A stretch of DNA of 64,000 bases from an uncultured delta proteobacterium (GTDB lineage: Bacteria; Myxococcota_A; UBA9160; UBA4427). Both the position numbers and the translations under genes were made by a program. The notes under the pieces are model-generated. The model did not search any database, was not told the origin of the DNA, and saw only the letters and a list, made by a program, of their open reading frames with translations. Location: NCBI GenBank assembly GCA_963822965.1, contig CAWGJT010000013.1, positions 128,001 to 192,000 on the forward strand, given 5' to 3'. This document shows positions 9,832 through 19,562 of this stretch, in pieces; the stretch's first letter is position 1, and every line of letters starts with the position of its first letter.

Positions 9832-9998
9832 CTAGCAGGGCGCTGAAGAACCCCGGAGCGAGCGAGGGGCGTGAATCTCCGTCGAGATCCAGGCGCGGAA
9901 CCGCCGCCGCACGGGCGTACGGCAAGGTTTCGCAACGCCGAGATCGGCGGAGAGGGGCGTGCCTCGCGACGGGAGCGGGCTCTTCAGCATCCTGCTAG
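9832..9998. mobile_element. MITE-like element A (167 bp including CTAG ends)
   Basis: Imperfect ~22-bp terminal inverted repeats CTAGCAGGGCGCTGAAGAACCC / GGGCTCTTCAGCATCCTGCTAG; no credible ORF. Confidence 0.75.
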
Positions 9999-10175
9999 CC
10001 CCGATGCGTCATTCATCGAGCTACCGGCGTGTCTCGGATCCCGCCCGACCTTGCGGGCCGAGCGGAAGCGCCGCTCCGGCAGCGCCTGACGCCTTCCTCC
10101 GGCGCCTTCGCCCCGTGACGAACGCGTCACCGGGCGCGGCTCCGCCCGACCGGCACGCGGCGCTATGCTGCCCTC

Positions 10176-11303
10176 GTGGCGAAGCGCCGAATCTCCCTCT
10201 GGCGTCATCTGCTGCCGTGGCTCATCTCGGCGGCGGCGCTCGGCTACGTGTTCGGCTACGCGATCGACTGGGAGTCGCTTCCCGAGGCGACCGAGAACGC
10301 CAACGTCCCGCTCTTCATCCTCGTCATCGTGCTCGACAAGATCGGCTTCTTCCTCGCCTGGGCGTTCATCCAGGCCAAGTCCGTGCGCGACCTCGTCGAG
10401 CCGATCTCGGTGCGCTCGCTCATTTCGGTCAAGGGAGCGGCGGAGCTCCTGCGAACGGGCAGCAACCTGCTCTCCGACGGCGCCTTCCTGCTGGGCGTCT
10501 CGCAGATCGTCAAGGACCGCCTGGCCGCCGTCTTCGCCGTCATCGTGGTTCCCTTCGCGGTGTACTTCTTCGTCCTGCTGTGCCAGGCCACCCTGGTGCT
10601 GCCCTTCCTTCCCGGCGGACCGTCGGCGAATCTCGACGTCGCCTTCGCCGCCGGGATCGGTTGGCTGGCCGTGATCGCCTGCGTGGCGGCGGGCCGCATG
10701 GGCTACTGGGAACGCTTCCTGCGGCGCATCGGTCGCGAGTCCTGGATCGGACGCGCGACGCTGGCGCGACTGCTTCCCCTCTTCGGCTGCTTCGCGGCCT
10801 TCGCGGCCTTCGACGTCGCCATCCAGGGGCTCGCGTCGCGGGCGTTCGGCATCCCGATTCCGTGGATCGATCTGGCCGGGCGCATCCCGCTGCTCTACGT
10901 GGCCATCTCGCTGCCGTCCTTCGGCAACTTCGGCGTGCGGGAGATCGCCTGGTCGAGCCTGTTCGCCGAGTACGGCAGCCGCGAGGGGCTGATCGCGTAC
11001 GCGCTCTACACGAACGCCATCTTCGCCGGCATGCACGTCGTCGTCGGCTCGCTCTTCATCGGCCGGGCCCTGTCGCTGTGGCGGCAGCTCCGAGAGGAGC
11101 GGCTGATCGAGCTCGAGCGACTCCGGCTGCTGGAGGAGGATGCCGAAGCCGAGACGAGCGCGAGCCCGCGCCCGGAGATGGCCCGGATGGCCACACCCGG
11201 AGCCGGCCGCTCGGACAGGCCGGAGAAGCCGGAGCGAGCCGCCAGCGCCCCGGTTCGGGACGGCACCGCGGCACCCGTCCTCCCGGACGCCGCGGACGTC
11301 TAG
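10176..11303 (+). CDS. Lysylphosphatidylglycerol-synthase-like (flippase-like) membrane protein
   Basis: Multi-TM protein; SLPSFGNFGVREIAW motif. Confidence 0.65.
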   Translation: MAKRRISLWRHLLPWLISAAALGYVFGYAIDWESLPEATENANVPLFILVIVLDKIGFFLAWAFIQAKSVRDLVEPISVRSLISVKGAAELLRTGSNLLSDGAFLLGVSQIVKDRLAAVFAVIVVPFAVYFFVLLCQATLVLPFLPGGPSANLDVAFAAGIGWLAVIACVAAGRMGYWERFLRRIGRESWIGRATLARLLPLFGCFAAFAAFDVAIQGLASRAFGIPIPWIDLAGRIPLLYVAISLPSFGNFGVREIAWSSLFAEYGSREGLIAYALYTNAIFAGMHVVVGSLFIGRALSLWRQLREERLIELERLRLLEEDAEAETSASPRPEMARMATPGAGRSDRPEKPERAASAPVRDGTAAPVLPDAADV

Positions 11304-11890
11304 CGGCCGAAGCTCCGGGGGAGGCCCGCCGCATCCCGGACGCGATCGAGCAGCTCCAGGACGTCGGGATGGAGGTCGCCTCGGTTCATGCAGCGAGCAA
11401 TCCGCGCCGGCGAGAGCAGGGCGCCCCGCTCCCGGGCCAGCGCCGACCGGCTCGCCAGGAGCCGCTTGGCGTCCACGTCGCGCAGCCCCTCGTCGGAGCC
11501 CAGCGCGTGCAGGTCCCCCAGTACTCCCGCGAGCCGGGGGTCTTCGGCGGGCATCCGCAGGCAGCGGCGCATCGCGCCCGGAACCAGCAGGTAGCTCTCG
11601 ATGTGGCGGCGGGACCAGGTGAAGAACTCGAGGCCGTCGGGCGTGTCGTCGGCCACGTGGCGGGCATGGCCGTCCCGGTCGAGCACGCACAGACCGCGCC
11701 ACACGGGCTCCCCGCTGTCCGTCGCCTGGACCAGGGACCGGAAGTGCTCGACGGCTCGCGCCGGCCGGCGCCCGCCGAGGATCACGGAGCACCGCGAGAG
11801 CTTCTTCGACAGGGGCGCCGAGACGAGCCGCGCCCACGTCCTGAGGATGTCGCAGTCGCTCGGGCCCTCGACGTACAGCACGAATCGCAC
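11300..11890 (-). CDS. Stand-alone TOPRIM-like domain protein (resembles OLD nuclease C-terminus)
   Basis: LYVEGPSD, VILGG, VLDRD, RHIESYLL; start uncertain (up to 11995). Confidence 0.6.
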   Translation of the reverse strand: MRFVLYVEGPSDCDILRTWARLVSAPLSKKLSRCSVILGGRRPARAVEHFRSLVQATDSGEPVWRGLCVLDRDGHARHVADDTPDGLEFFTWSRRHIESYLLVPGAMRRCLRMPAEDPRLAGVLGDLHALGSDEGLRDVDAKRLLASRSALARERGALLSPARIARCMNRGDLHPDVLELLDRVRDAAGLPRSFGR

Positions 11891-12086
11891 GGCAGCCGGC
11901 GCGCCTGCCTGCGAGCGAACGGTACCGTTCACCGAACTCACCGAGCCCGCAGCGAGAGAGTGGCGGGGGCTGGAAGACGACACCGATCCCCCCAAGAAGC
12001 CTCCAACGGATCGGCGCCCATGCTAGCCCTGCCGGTGGAGGCTGGCGAACCCGGGGGCTCGGGGCTCACGCGTCCCTCGGCCATGG

Positions 12087-12175
12087 CCGAGGCAACCGGC
12101 TTCGGCCACCGAGCAACCCGGCCTCGGCCACCGAGCAACCGGGGTTGGGCCGCCGAGGCGACTCCGGTTCGGCCA
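12087..12175. repeat. Four degenerate 22-bp tandem units in a divergent promoter region
   Basis: ccgag(g)caaccnggnytcggcca-like units at 12087, 12109, 12131, 12153. Confidence 0.75.
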
Positions 12176-12251
12176 AGCGCCGGGGCCGGGTGGGCCCACG
12201 CGACCCGAAGTCGCAATGGTTTCCTCCGCGGCACAGAGTTAACCTAACCCT

Positions 12252-12893
12252 GTGATCTCCGTTCTCGTCGCAGACGACCATGGCATCGTGCGCGAAGGCC
12301 TTCGCCGACTCGTGGAGGCCGAGGCCGATCTCCAGGTCTCCGGCGAGGCGCGGGACGGCCGTGAGGTGCTTCAGCAGGTCGAGGAGCAGAAGCCGCAGGT
12401 GGTGGTTCTCGACATCTCGATGCCCCGGCTGGGCGGCCTCGAAACGCTGGAGCGGCTGCGCACCCTCCATCCCGATGTCAAGGTGATCCTGCTCTCGGTG
12501 CACGGGGACGCTCCCTTCATCCAGAGCGCGATCTCCCTCGGCGCCGACGGCTACGTGCTGAAGAACGGGCGGGCCGCCGAGATCGTCACCGCCATCCGCG
12601 CCGTCACGAAGGGGGGCAGCTACTTCAGCCCCGTGGTCGCGCGCGAGATCGTCGAGCAGCTCCGCACCCCCCAGGCCCGCAACCACGAGCCCTTCTCGGT
12701 GCTCTCGGCGCGGGAGCGCGAGGTGCTCCACCTCATCGCCGAAGGCATGTCGGCCAAGGAGGTGGCCCAGCAGCTCGCGATCAGCACCAAGACCGTCGAG
12801 GCCCACCGCACCAGCCTGATGCGAAAGCTCGGTGTGCGGAAGGCCACGGAGCTCGTGCGCTACGCGCTCCGCTACGGGCTGATCGAGCCCTGA
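12252..12893 (+). CDS. NarL/LuxR-family response regulator
   Basis: VADDH, LDISMP, GYVLK receiver; LSAREREVL...KTVEAHR HTH. Confidence 0.95.
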   Translation: MISVLVADDHGIVREGLRRLVEAEADLQVSGEARDGREVLQQVEEQKPQVVVLDISMPRLGGLETLERLRTLHPDVKVILLSVHGDAPFIQSAISLGADGYVLKNGRAAEIVTAIRAVTKGGSYFSPVVAREIVEQLRTPQARNHEPFSVLSAREREVLHLIAEGMSAKEVAQQLAISTKTVEAHRTSLMRKLGVRKATELVRYALRYGLIEP

Positions 12894-12894
12894 C

Positions 12895-14067
12895 TCAGGG
12901 CTCGAGCGTCGCCAGCACTTCGACGTGCGGCGTCTGCGGGAAGAGGTCGAACGCCTCCACCGCGCGCACCCGGTAGCCGTCGTCACGGAGTCTTGCCAGG
13001 TCCCGGGCCAGGGTCGCCGGGTCGCACGATAGGTAGACGATCCGCGCGGGCGCGAGCTCCACCACGCACGCCAGCGCCGCTGGCGTCACACCGGTGCGCG
13101 GCGGATCGAGCAGCAGGACGTCGGGCCGCCGCAACCCGAACGCCGGCAGGACGCCCTCGACGGGTCCTTCGTGCACGTGCACGTTGTCGCAGCCCGCCTG
13201 TCCCAGGTTGAAGCGCAGATCCGCCACCGCGCCCGGATGCGACTCCACCGCCCACACCTGGTCGAAGCGGCGCGCGAGGGCCAGGGTGAAGAGGCCGGCA
13301 CCCGCATAGAGCTCGACAGCGCCGACCCCACCGCCGGGCTTGCACGCCTCGCGCGAGACGGCCGTGGCGAGGGACTCCAGCAGCAGCGCGTTCGCCTGGG
13401 CGAAGACGCCGTGCGAAACGCGCAGCCGGTCTTCCCCGAGACGAAGCTCGCTGGCGGCGCCGGGGGACCCCGCGGCTCCCCGCAGCCTTTCGGCGCGCGC
13501 GACGCCGTCCGAGCCCACCGCCAGCTCCCACTCGCTTCCCGGCTCCCGTCCGGCAGAGGCGCGCCGGGGCCGCGCCAGGACGGACTCGAGCTCCGGCCGC
13601 AGCACGGGGCACGCCTTCACGACGCACACCCGGTGGGAGCGCCGCATGCGGTAGCCCAGGTGGTCTCCCTCCTCGACGAGCCGGGCACGCGCGCGGTAGC
13701 CATAGGGCGCCGGCGAGGGGGTGATCGGCACGGGCTCGTCCACCTCGATGCGACCCAGCCGGCGCAGGGCATCCGCGACGATGGCCGCCTTCGCCTGGAG
13801 CTGGGTCGGATAGTCGACGTGCTGCCAGGTGCATCCGCCGCAGGTGCCGAAGACGTCGCAGCGCGGTACCACGCGATGCGGTGACGCCTCGAGCACCTCC
13901 AGCACCTCGCCTCGCGCGTGGCGCTTCCGCCGTTCGAGCAGCCGCACCCGCACCCGGTCTCCGGGAGCCGAGAGGGGCACGAAGACGACGCGGCCCTGGG
14001 CGTCGTGCGCCACCCCGTCGCCGCCTGCCGCGAGGCTCTCGACCCGGACGTCGATGGATTCGGACAC
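12895..14067 (-). CDS. TRAM-domain RNA m5U methyltransferase (RlmD/TrmA family)
   Basis: CDVFGTCGGC Fe-S motif, ELYAGAG, DPPRTG, YLSCDP, DLFPQTPHVE. Confidence 0.92.
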   Translation of the reverse strand: MSESIDVRVESLAAGGDGVAHDAQGRVVFVPLSAPGDRVRVRLLERRKRHARGEVLEVLEASPHRVVPRCDVFGTCGGCTWQHVDYPTQLQAKAAIVADALRRLGRIEVDEPVPITPSPAPYGYRARARLVEEGDHLGYRMRRSHRVCVVKACPVLRPELESVLARPRRASAGREPGSEWELAVGSDGVARAERLRGAAGSPGAASELRLGEDRLRVSHGVFAQANALLLESLATAVSREACKPGGGVGAVELYAGAGLFTLALARRFDQVWAVESHPGAVADLRFNLGQAGCDNVHVHEGPVEGVLPAFGLRRPDVLLLDPPRTGVTPAALACVVELAPARIVYLSCDPATLARDLARLRDDGYRVRAVEAFDLFPQTPHVEVLATLEP

Positions 14068-14090
14068 GGGCTTTCCGCCGGCCCCGGCAG

Positions 14091-14537
14091 TCAGGGCGCA
14101 GCCGCGGCGCCGGTCGGCTCGAGCCGGACGGGCACCGCGCTCGCGAAGTCCGAGAGGCGACCCCAGAAGTCGTCGGCCAGGCCGTACTTCTCCCGCATGG
14201 CTTCGTTCACCCGCCTGCGCATCTCGGCGTCTTCGTCGGGCACCGCGCGTCGCCGCGACTCCCGACCGTCACGCAGGAGCGTCACCAGCGGGCGCGCGCG
14301 CAGCCGAGCCAGCCAGGCGGCGTCGGGCGAGCTCGCCCGCAGGTAGGTGCCGGCGGGCAGGTCCACGATCCACACCTCGGTGACGTGGTCCGCGCCGCGC
14401 GCGTCGACGGTGGTCAGCTGGACCACCTCCCCCTCGTCGATGAGACGCGCGCCGACGACGGTCGACGCCGCCACCGCACCGACGACGAGCATCACGATGC
14501 GAACCCGCCCGAGCAACAAGATCCGCAACCTCCCCAT
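14091..14537 (-). CDS. Split-barrel nitroreductase/DUF385-like protein
   Basis: VQLTTVD..HVTEVWIV..WLARLRARP..MREKYG pattern; N-terminal hydrophobic anchor. Confidence 0.55.
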   Translation of the reverse strand: MGRLRILLLGRVRIVMLVVGAVAASTVVGARLIDEGEVVQLTTVDARGADHVTEVWIVDLPAGTYLRASSPDAAWLARLRARPLVTLLRDGRESRRRAVPDEDAEMRRRVNEAMREKYGLADDFWGRLSDFASAVPVRLEPTGAAAAP

Positions 14538-14573
14538 CCAGTGATCGCCCTGGAGGATTCGCGGGCATGCTAG

Positions 14574-14597
14574 CCCTGATCCGTCTACGGATCAGGG
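14574..14597. terminator. Perfect 11-bp inverted repeat
   Basis: ccctgatccgt-ct-acggatcaggg downstream of the hemolysin-family gene. Confidence 0.5.
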
Positions 14598-14635
14598 GTG
14601 GTGGCGGGGGCGCACGGGGGCCTTCGGGCGACGCC

Positions 14636-15925
14636 TCACTTCCCCTGGGAGCGGAGCGCCTCCCGGTCCGCTCCGTCCGCCAGCGGTCGCTCGGCCACAC
14701 GAATGCGGGTGATGCGACTCCCGGAGACGTCGGCGCAGGTGAGCTCGTAGGCCCCCACGGAGACCTTGTCGCCACGGCGCGGCGAGCGACCCAGCGTATT
14801 GAAGAAGAGACCTCCCATGGTGTCACCCTTCTCGGCAGGGAGCTCCCAGCCCGACTCGCGATTGAAGTCGAGGACGCTCACCCGACCGAGCACCTCGTAG
14901 CTCTTGTCCGGCAGCTTGCGCACGGTGAGCAGCTCCTCGAAGTCGAACTCGTCGCGGATCTCACCGACGATCTCCTCGAGGATGTCCTCCTGGGTGACGA
15001 GCCCCAGGGTGAGCCCGAACTCGTCCTTGACGAGGGCCATGTGGCAGAAGGAGCGCTGCATGTCCGTCAGCAGGCGCAGGATGGGCTTGCGCGCGGGAAC
15101 GCGCAGGATGGGCTTGAGGATGCTGTGGAGGTCGCCGCCGTTCGTGTTGACGAGCTTCACGAGGTCCTTCATGTGCACGATGCCCAGCACGTCGTCGATG
15201 CCCTCGTTGTAGACGGGCACGCGCGTGTAGCGCTCCTCGAGCAGCTTCTCGAGCAGGTCGGCGGGAGAAGAGTGGATCGGATAGGCGACGATCTCGGTGC
15301 GCTGCACCATGATCTCCGAGACGTCCATCTCGGCCGCGGCGGACGTGGCGCCGATGATGGCGAGGGGCGATCCCTGCTCCTCTCCCTCCCGCACCGTGCG
15401 AGCCAGGCGCAGGACGGCCTCCGACGACATGGCGTCGTCGCTGCCGCGGCCCCCCGTGACGCGCGCCACGAGCGGTTCGAGCACGCGGTCGAAGAGGGCG
15501 TGGACCGGCCGCAGGCACTGGTGGATGAGGTAGAGGGGCAGGCCCACCAGGCGCGACACGCCGAGGGGATGGCGCGCGGCCGCCGCCTTGGGGAGGACCT
15601 CGCAGAAGACGAGCACCAGGAAGGTCATCACGACCGTGGCGATCGTGATGCCCAGCTGCAGCCCGAAGAAGCGAATCGCAAGGGCCGAAGCCACCGACGC
15701 TCCCAGGATGTTCACGATGTTGTTGCCGAGCAGGATCGTCACCAGGAGTCGGGACGACGAAGACGTCAGGTCGCGCACGGCGACCCCCGACGGCCCGTTG
15801 CCCTTCTCGACCTCCTCCTCGAGGTCGTGACCCCGCAGCCGGAAGAGGGCGGTCTCGCTGCCCGAGAAGAAGGCGGACGCCGCGAGGCACACGACGATCA
15901 GGAGGAGGGAGCTGATGATCGACAC
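14636..15925 (-). CDS. Hemolysin/CNNM family protein (DUF21-CBS-CorC), Mg/Co efflux
   Basis: FFSGSETA, GNNIVN, EVLPK, YTRVPV, EDILEEIVGEIRDEFD. Confidence 0.92.
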   Translation of the reverse strand: MSIISSLLLIVVCLAASAFFSGSETALFRLRGHDLEEEVEKGNGPSGVAVRDLTSSSSRLLVTILLGNNIVNILGASVASALAIRFFGLQLGITIATVVMTFLVLVFCEVLPKAAAARHPLGVSRLVGLPLYLIHQCLRPVHALFDRVLEPLVARVTGGRGSDDAMSSEAVLRLARTVREGEEQGSPLAIIGATSAAAEMDVSEIMVQRTEIVAYPIHSSPADLLEKLLEERYTRVPVYNEGIDDVLGIVHMKDLVKLVNTNGGDLHSILKPILRVPARKPILRLLTDMQRSFCHMALVKDEFGLTLGLVTQEDILEEIVGEIRDEFDFEELLTVRKLPDKSYEVLGRVSVLDFNRESGWELPAEKGDTMGGLFFNTLGRSPRRGDKVSVGAYELTCADVSGSRITRIRVAERPLADGADREALRSQGK

Positions 15926-16221
15926 AGGGGACTCCTACCGCGCGGTTCGGGACTCGCCGAAGCGAGGTCCCTTCCACGCGGAACGGGGAGAACGGTGGGG
16001 ACTGCGGTGCGCGGGAAACGGGGCGCGGCCCGGCTGTGGAACCCGCTCGTGCTCCCGCTCGCGGGGCGAGCCGGAGACGGGCGGGCACGCGGGGCTCGAG
16101 CTCACGCGGGACGAGGAGCCCGGGATCGAGCGGAAGGACGACCGCGCTGGGTACTTGCTGTGCATCGCTCGGGGGAACCTATCGCGGGTGATTCGGACCG
16201 GCAACGAGGCACCGTACCTCG

Positions 16222-18135
16222 CTACTCCTCTGCTTCGGACGGAAAGCCCAGCCGGTGAAGCTCCTTACGCAGGGGAGTTCCGCTTTCGAGCAGCTCGCGC
16301 AGGGCCGCCACGGCGGGCCGGTCCCAGCGGCTCTCGGGTACGACGAAGTCGTAATGTTCGGCGCGCAACGGACGGAAGCGCAGCCCGGCCTGCCGGGCCA
16401 CCGTCTCGATGGTGACGCCCCAGTCCGCCCGCTTCTGGGCGATGGCCGCCGCCACCGCGTAGTGGGAGCGGGGCTCGTAGGCGTAGCCGGGCGGCCGTCG
16501 GTCGCCCAGCAGCCCGTCGATCAGGACGCGCGTTCCCGCCCCCCGGTTGCGGTTGACCATCCGCAACGAGGGGTCTGCGAGCAGCTCCTCGGTGTCGCGG
16601 AGCTCGTCGGCCCGGGTGGCCACGCCCTGCATGCGGGAGTAGCCCCGCACGAGCCGCATGCCGGCTTCCAGGAAGGGCTCGTTGTAGCGACCGCTCGCCG
16701 TGTCGAGCAGGTGAATCGGCGCCACGTCGCACTCGCCGCGGCGCGCGGCCGCCAGCCCGCCCTGGCTGCCCACCGCGAGCAGCTTGACGGTGTACCCCTG
16801 CCGGGCGAGGCGGCTCGCAACGAGGTCGAGGCCCGCGCAGTGGCTGCCGATCACCACGAGGTCCGCAAGCGGCAGGTCGCGCCCGACGAGCGTCACCTCG
16901 ACCGGGGTGTCGGCCTCGACGATCTCGGTGTTGCGGCCGATGCGCACGAAGCCGTCCGCACGGCTGAACGCGGTGACGCTGCCGCTGCCCTTGCCCATGG
17001 GGTAGGCGGCCAGCTCGCCGTCGCTCCGCTCCACGAGACCCACGAGCAGGTACTCGAGACGCCCGCGCTCGGAGTTGGTCTGCAGGGCGAGGCGCGCGCT
17101 GCGCACCTCGCGCCGCTCGGCGCCGAGCCCGGCCATCGACCGGATGACGGGCGCCACGAACTCGTGGAAGGTGAAGATCGCCGACGTCGGAAAGCCCGGC
17201 AGGATCACCACCGGTCGCGTTCCCTGGGCGGCGAGGCAGATCGGCTTGCCGGGCTTCAGCGCCACGCCGTGCACGATCACCCCGGGATCGAGCTCGCCCA
17301 CGGCCAGACCGTTGAGATCGCCCTCGCCCTTCGACGTGCCCCCGGAGAGGAGCACGACGTCGCTGTGCTCGAGCGCGCGGGCGAGCGCCGCGCGAAGTTC
17401 GTCCAGGTCGTCGCGGAAGGCGCCGAGGAAGTGCGCCTCGCCGCCGAGCTCGGTCACGGCGTCGGCCAGGATTCGCCCGTTGCTGTCGTGGACCAGGCCC
17501 GGGCGCATGGCTCCCCCCGGCTGCACGATCTCGTCGCCCGTCGAGAGGATCGCGACGCGCGGGCGACGGTGGACGCGGACCCTCGCGCAGCCGATCGCCG
17601 CCAACAGCCCCGTCTCCCGGGACGTGAGCCGAGTGCCCGCGAAGAGCACCGTCTCGCCGGCCCCCATGTCGGTGCCCGCGAACGACACCGCGGCGCCGGG
17701 CACGCGCGGCTGCCGCACGATCACCGTCGGCGCCCCGCTCTCGTCGCGGCCGGGATCCGTGTGCTCGACCGGCACGACGGCGTCGGCACCGCGGGGCAGC
17801 ATGCCGCCGGTCGCGATGGGGGTCGCCGTGCCCTCCGTCACCTCGAGCCGCGGCTCGACCCCCGTCGGAATCGACTCCGCATTGCGGCGCAGGACGACGG
17901 GCTGCTCCTCGGCAGCGCCGTAGGTATCCGCGGCGCGCACCGCGAAGCCGTCCATGTTGGACCGATCGAAGCCGGGCACGTCGACGCTCGAGCGGACGTC
18001 CTCCGCCAGCACGCGCCCGAGCGCCTCTTCGAGGGGCACCTCCTCGGCGTCGAGCGGGAGCGCCTCGATCACCTGGCGCCAGCGCCGCTCGGCCTCGTCG
18101 CGGTCGAGCACCTCGAGGAACTGGCTCTGCTTCAC
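16222..18135 (-). CDS. moeA: Molybdopterin biosynthesis MoeA fused to PBP/LysR substrate-binding domain
   Basis: PGFDRSNMDGFAV, SGGTSKG, KPGKP, then GSH..NRNRGAGTR PBP domain; GTG start overlaps the upstream stop. Confidence 0.92.
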   Translation of the reverse strand: MKQSQFLEVLDRDEAERRWRQVIEALPLDAEEVPLEEALGRVLAEDVRSSVDVPGFDRSNMDGFAVRAADTYGAAEEQPVVLRRNAESIPTGVEPRLEVTEGTATPIATGGMLPRGADAVVPVEHTDPGRDESGAPTVIVRQPRVPGAAVSFAGTDMGAGETVLFAGTRLTSRETGLLAAIGCARVRVHRRPRVAILSTGDEIVQPGGAMRPGLVHDSNGRILADAVTELGGEAHFLGAFRDDLDELRAALARALEHSDVVLLSGGTSKGEGDLNGLAVGELDPGVIVHGVALKPGKPICLAAQGTRPVVILPGFPTSAIFTFHEFVAPVIRSMAGLGAERREVRSARLALQTNSERGRLEYLLVGLVERSDGELAAYPMGKGSGSVTAFSRADGFVRIGRNTEIVEADTPVEVTLVGRDLPLADLVVIGSHCAGLDLVASRLARQGYTVKLLAVGSQGGLAAARRGECDVAPIHLLDTASGRYNEPFLEAGMRLVRGYSRMQGVATRADELRDTEELLADPSLRMVNRNRGAGTRVLIDGLLGDRRPPGYAYEPRSHYAVAAAIAQKRADWGVTIETVARQAGLRFRPLRAEHYDFVVPESRWDRPAVAALRELLESGTPLRKELHRLGFPSEAEE

Positions 18136-19367
18136 GTCGGGTCCTCGTCGTAGAGCAGCACCTCGACCTCGCGGCCTTCCGGCATGCCCTCCTGCTCGCG
18201 CGGAACGATCACACAGCCGGCCGCACGCACCGTGGAAGACAGGATCGAGGCGCCCGAGGTCGAGAGCGGCACCGCCTGGCCCGACTCGACCGCCACGCGC
18301 ACGTAGTCCGTGCGACCCACCGCCGAAGCGATCTTCCGGGCCAGGGGAAGCCGCGCGCGACGGTGCGGCCATGTCCGCGAGCGGCCGCCGAGGAGCCGGA
18401 TCGCGGGTCCCGCGAAGAACTCGTAGGCGCACAGGCAGCTCACGGGATTGCCCGGCAGCAGGAACACGAAGCGCTCTTCGATGCGCCCCACGCCCGCCGG
18501 GCTCGACGGTCGCATGGAGACCCCGTGGAACGCGAGCTCGCCCAGCTCCGCGAGCAGGCGTGGCGCATGATCTTCCTGACCGACCGAGCTCCCCCCCGAG
18601 ACCAGCACCACGTCGGCGCCGGGCGCCGCCATCGCCTCGCGAATGCGTTCCGGCCGATCGGGCAGGATCTCGAAGGGCAGCACCTCTCCGCCGTCCCGCT
18701 GCACCAGTGCCCGCACGACCACGGAGTTGCTGTCGACGATGCGCGAGCCCTCGGGCCGACTGCCCGCGGGCAGCAGCTCGTCGCCCGTCACCACCAGCCG
18801 GACGCGCGGGCGACGCACGCACGAGACCTCCGCACGGCCGATGGAGGAGAGCAGGCCGGCGTCCTGGGCCCGGAGCCGGCGGCCCGCCCGCAGCACGACG
18901 TCGCCCGGCGCGATGTCCTCGCCCACGGCGCCGACGTTCTTCTTCGGCGCGACGGCGTCCCGGACCTGGACGCGGCCGCTCTCCTCGCTGCACACCTCGG
19001 CCATCACCACGGCGTCCGCGCCTTCCGGGACGGGCGCACCCGTCATGATGCGCACGGCCTGGCCCGCCGCGACACGCCCCGGGAACGGCGCACCGGGCAG
19101 GGAGGTGCCCACCAGCTCGAGGGGGATCGGGTCGTACTCCGAGGCGCCGAAGGTGTCCTCGCCCCGCACTGCGTAGCCGTCCATCGCCGAGCGCGGGAAG
19201 CCGGGCACCGCGTACTCCGCCGAGACGTCCTCGGCCAGGACGCGGCCCACGCACGCGAGCAGGGCCACGGGCTCGGCGTCGAGCGGCCGGGCGTGGCCGA
19301 GGATCCAGGCCCCGACCTGCTCCACGTCGGCCCGCTCCGCGAAGCCCTTCATGCGAACGTCGCGCAT
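18132..19367 (-). CDS. moeA: Molybdopterin molybdenum/tungsten transferase MoeA (gephyrin-like)
   Basis: RSAMDGYAV, IMTGAPVPEGADAVVM, SGGSSVG, LPGNPVS. Confidence 0.93.
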   Translation of the reverse strand: MRDVRMKGFAERADVEQVGAWILGHARPLDAEPVALLACVGRVLAEDVSAEYAVPGFPRSAMDGYAVRGEDTFGASEYDPIPLELVGTSLPGAPFPGRVAAGQAVRIMTGAPVPEGADAVVMAEVCSEESGRVQVRDAVAPKKNVGAVGEDIAPGDVVLRAGRRLRAQDAGLLSSIGRAEVSCVRRPRVRLVVTGDELLPAGSRPEGSRIVDSNSVVVRALVQRDGGEVLPFEILPDRPERIREAMAAPGADVVLVSGGSSVGQEDHAPRLLAELGELAFHGVSMRPSSPAGVGRIEERFVFLLPGNPVSCLCAYEFFAGPAIRLLGGRSRTWPHRRARLPLARKIASAVGRTDYVRVAVESGQAVPLSTSGASILSSTVRAAGCVIVPREQEGMPEGREVEVLLYDEDPT

Positions 19368-19480
19368 GGCTTCCCCGGTCCTCGAAGCGGCTCGGGCAGG
19401 AGGTCCGAAGGCCCCCTGCCCGAACGGCGCGATGTCGACGCGGTGCATGGACCGCGTCGACCCGATCTCCCGTGCGGCGC

Positions 19481-19562
19481 CGCTCCTAGCTGAGGGCGCC
19501 CCTCGGGCTCCCTTTGCCGTGGAACCGCGACCCAAGACGAAGTCTTGGGTCGCGCTCCTAGC
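19481..19562. repeat. Two-hairpin insert flanked by a 10-bp direct repeat
   Basis: cgctcctagc at 19481 and 19553; 12-bp stem cgcgacccaaga/tcttgggtcgcg at 19526-19554. Confidence 0.7.

Noticed and set aside
15926..16221. Possible riboswitch or small ORF upstream of the CNNM gene
   Set aside because: No recognisable aptamer motif, only weak hairpins, and the ORFs are unconvincing
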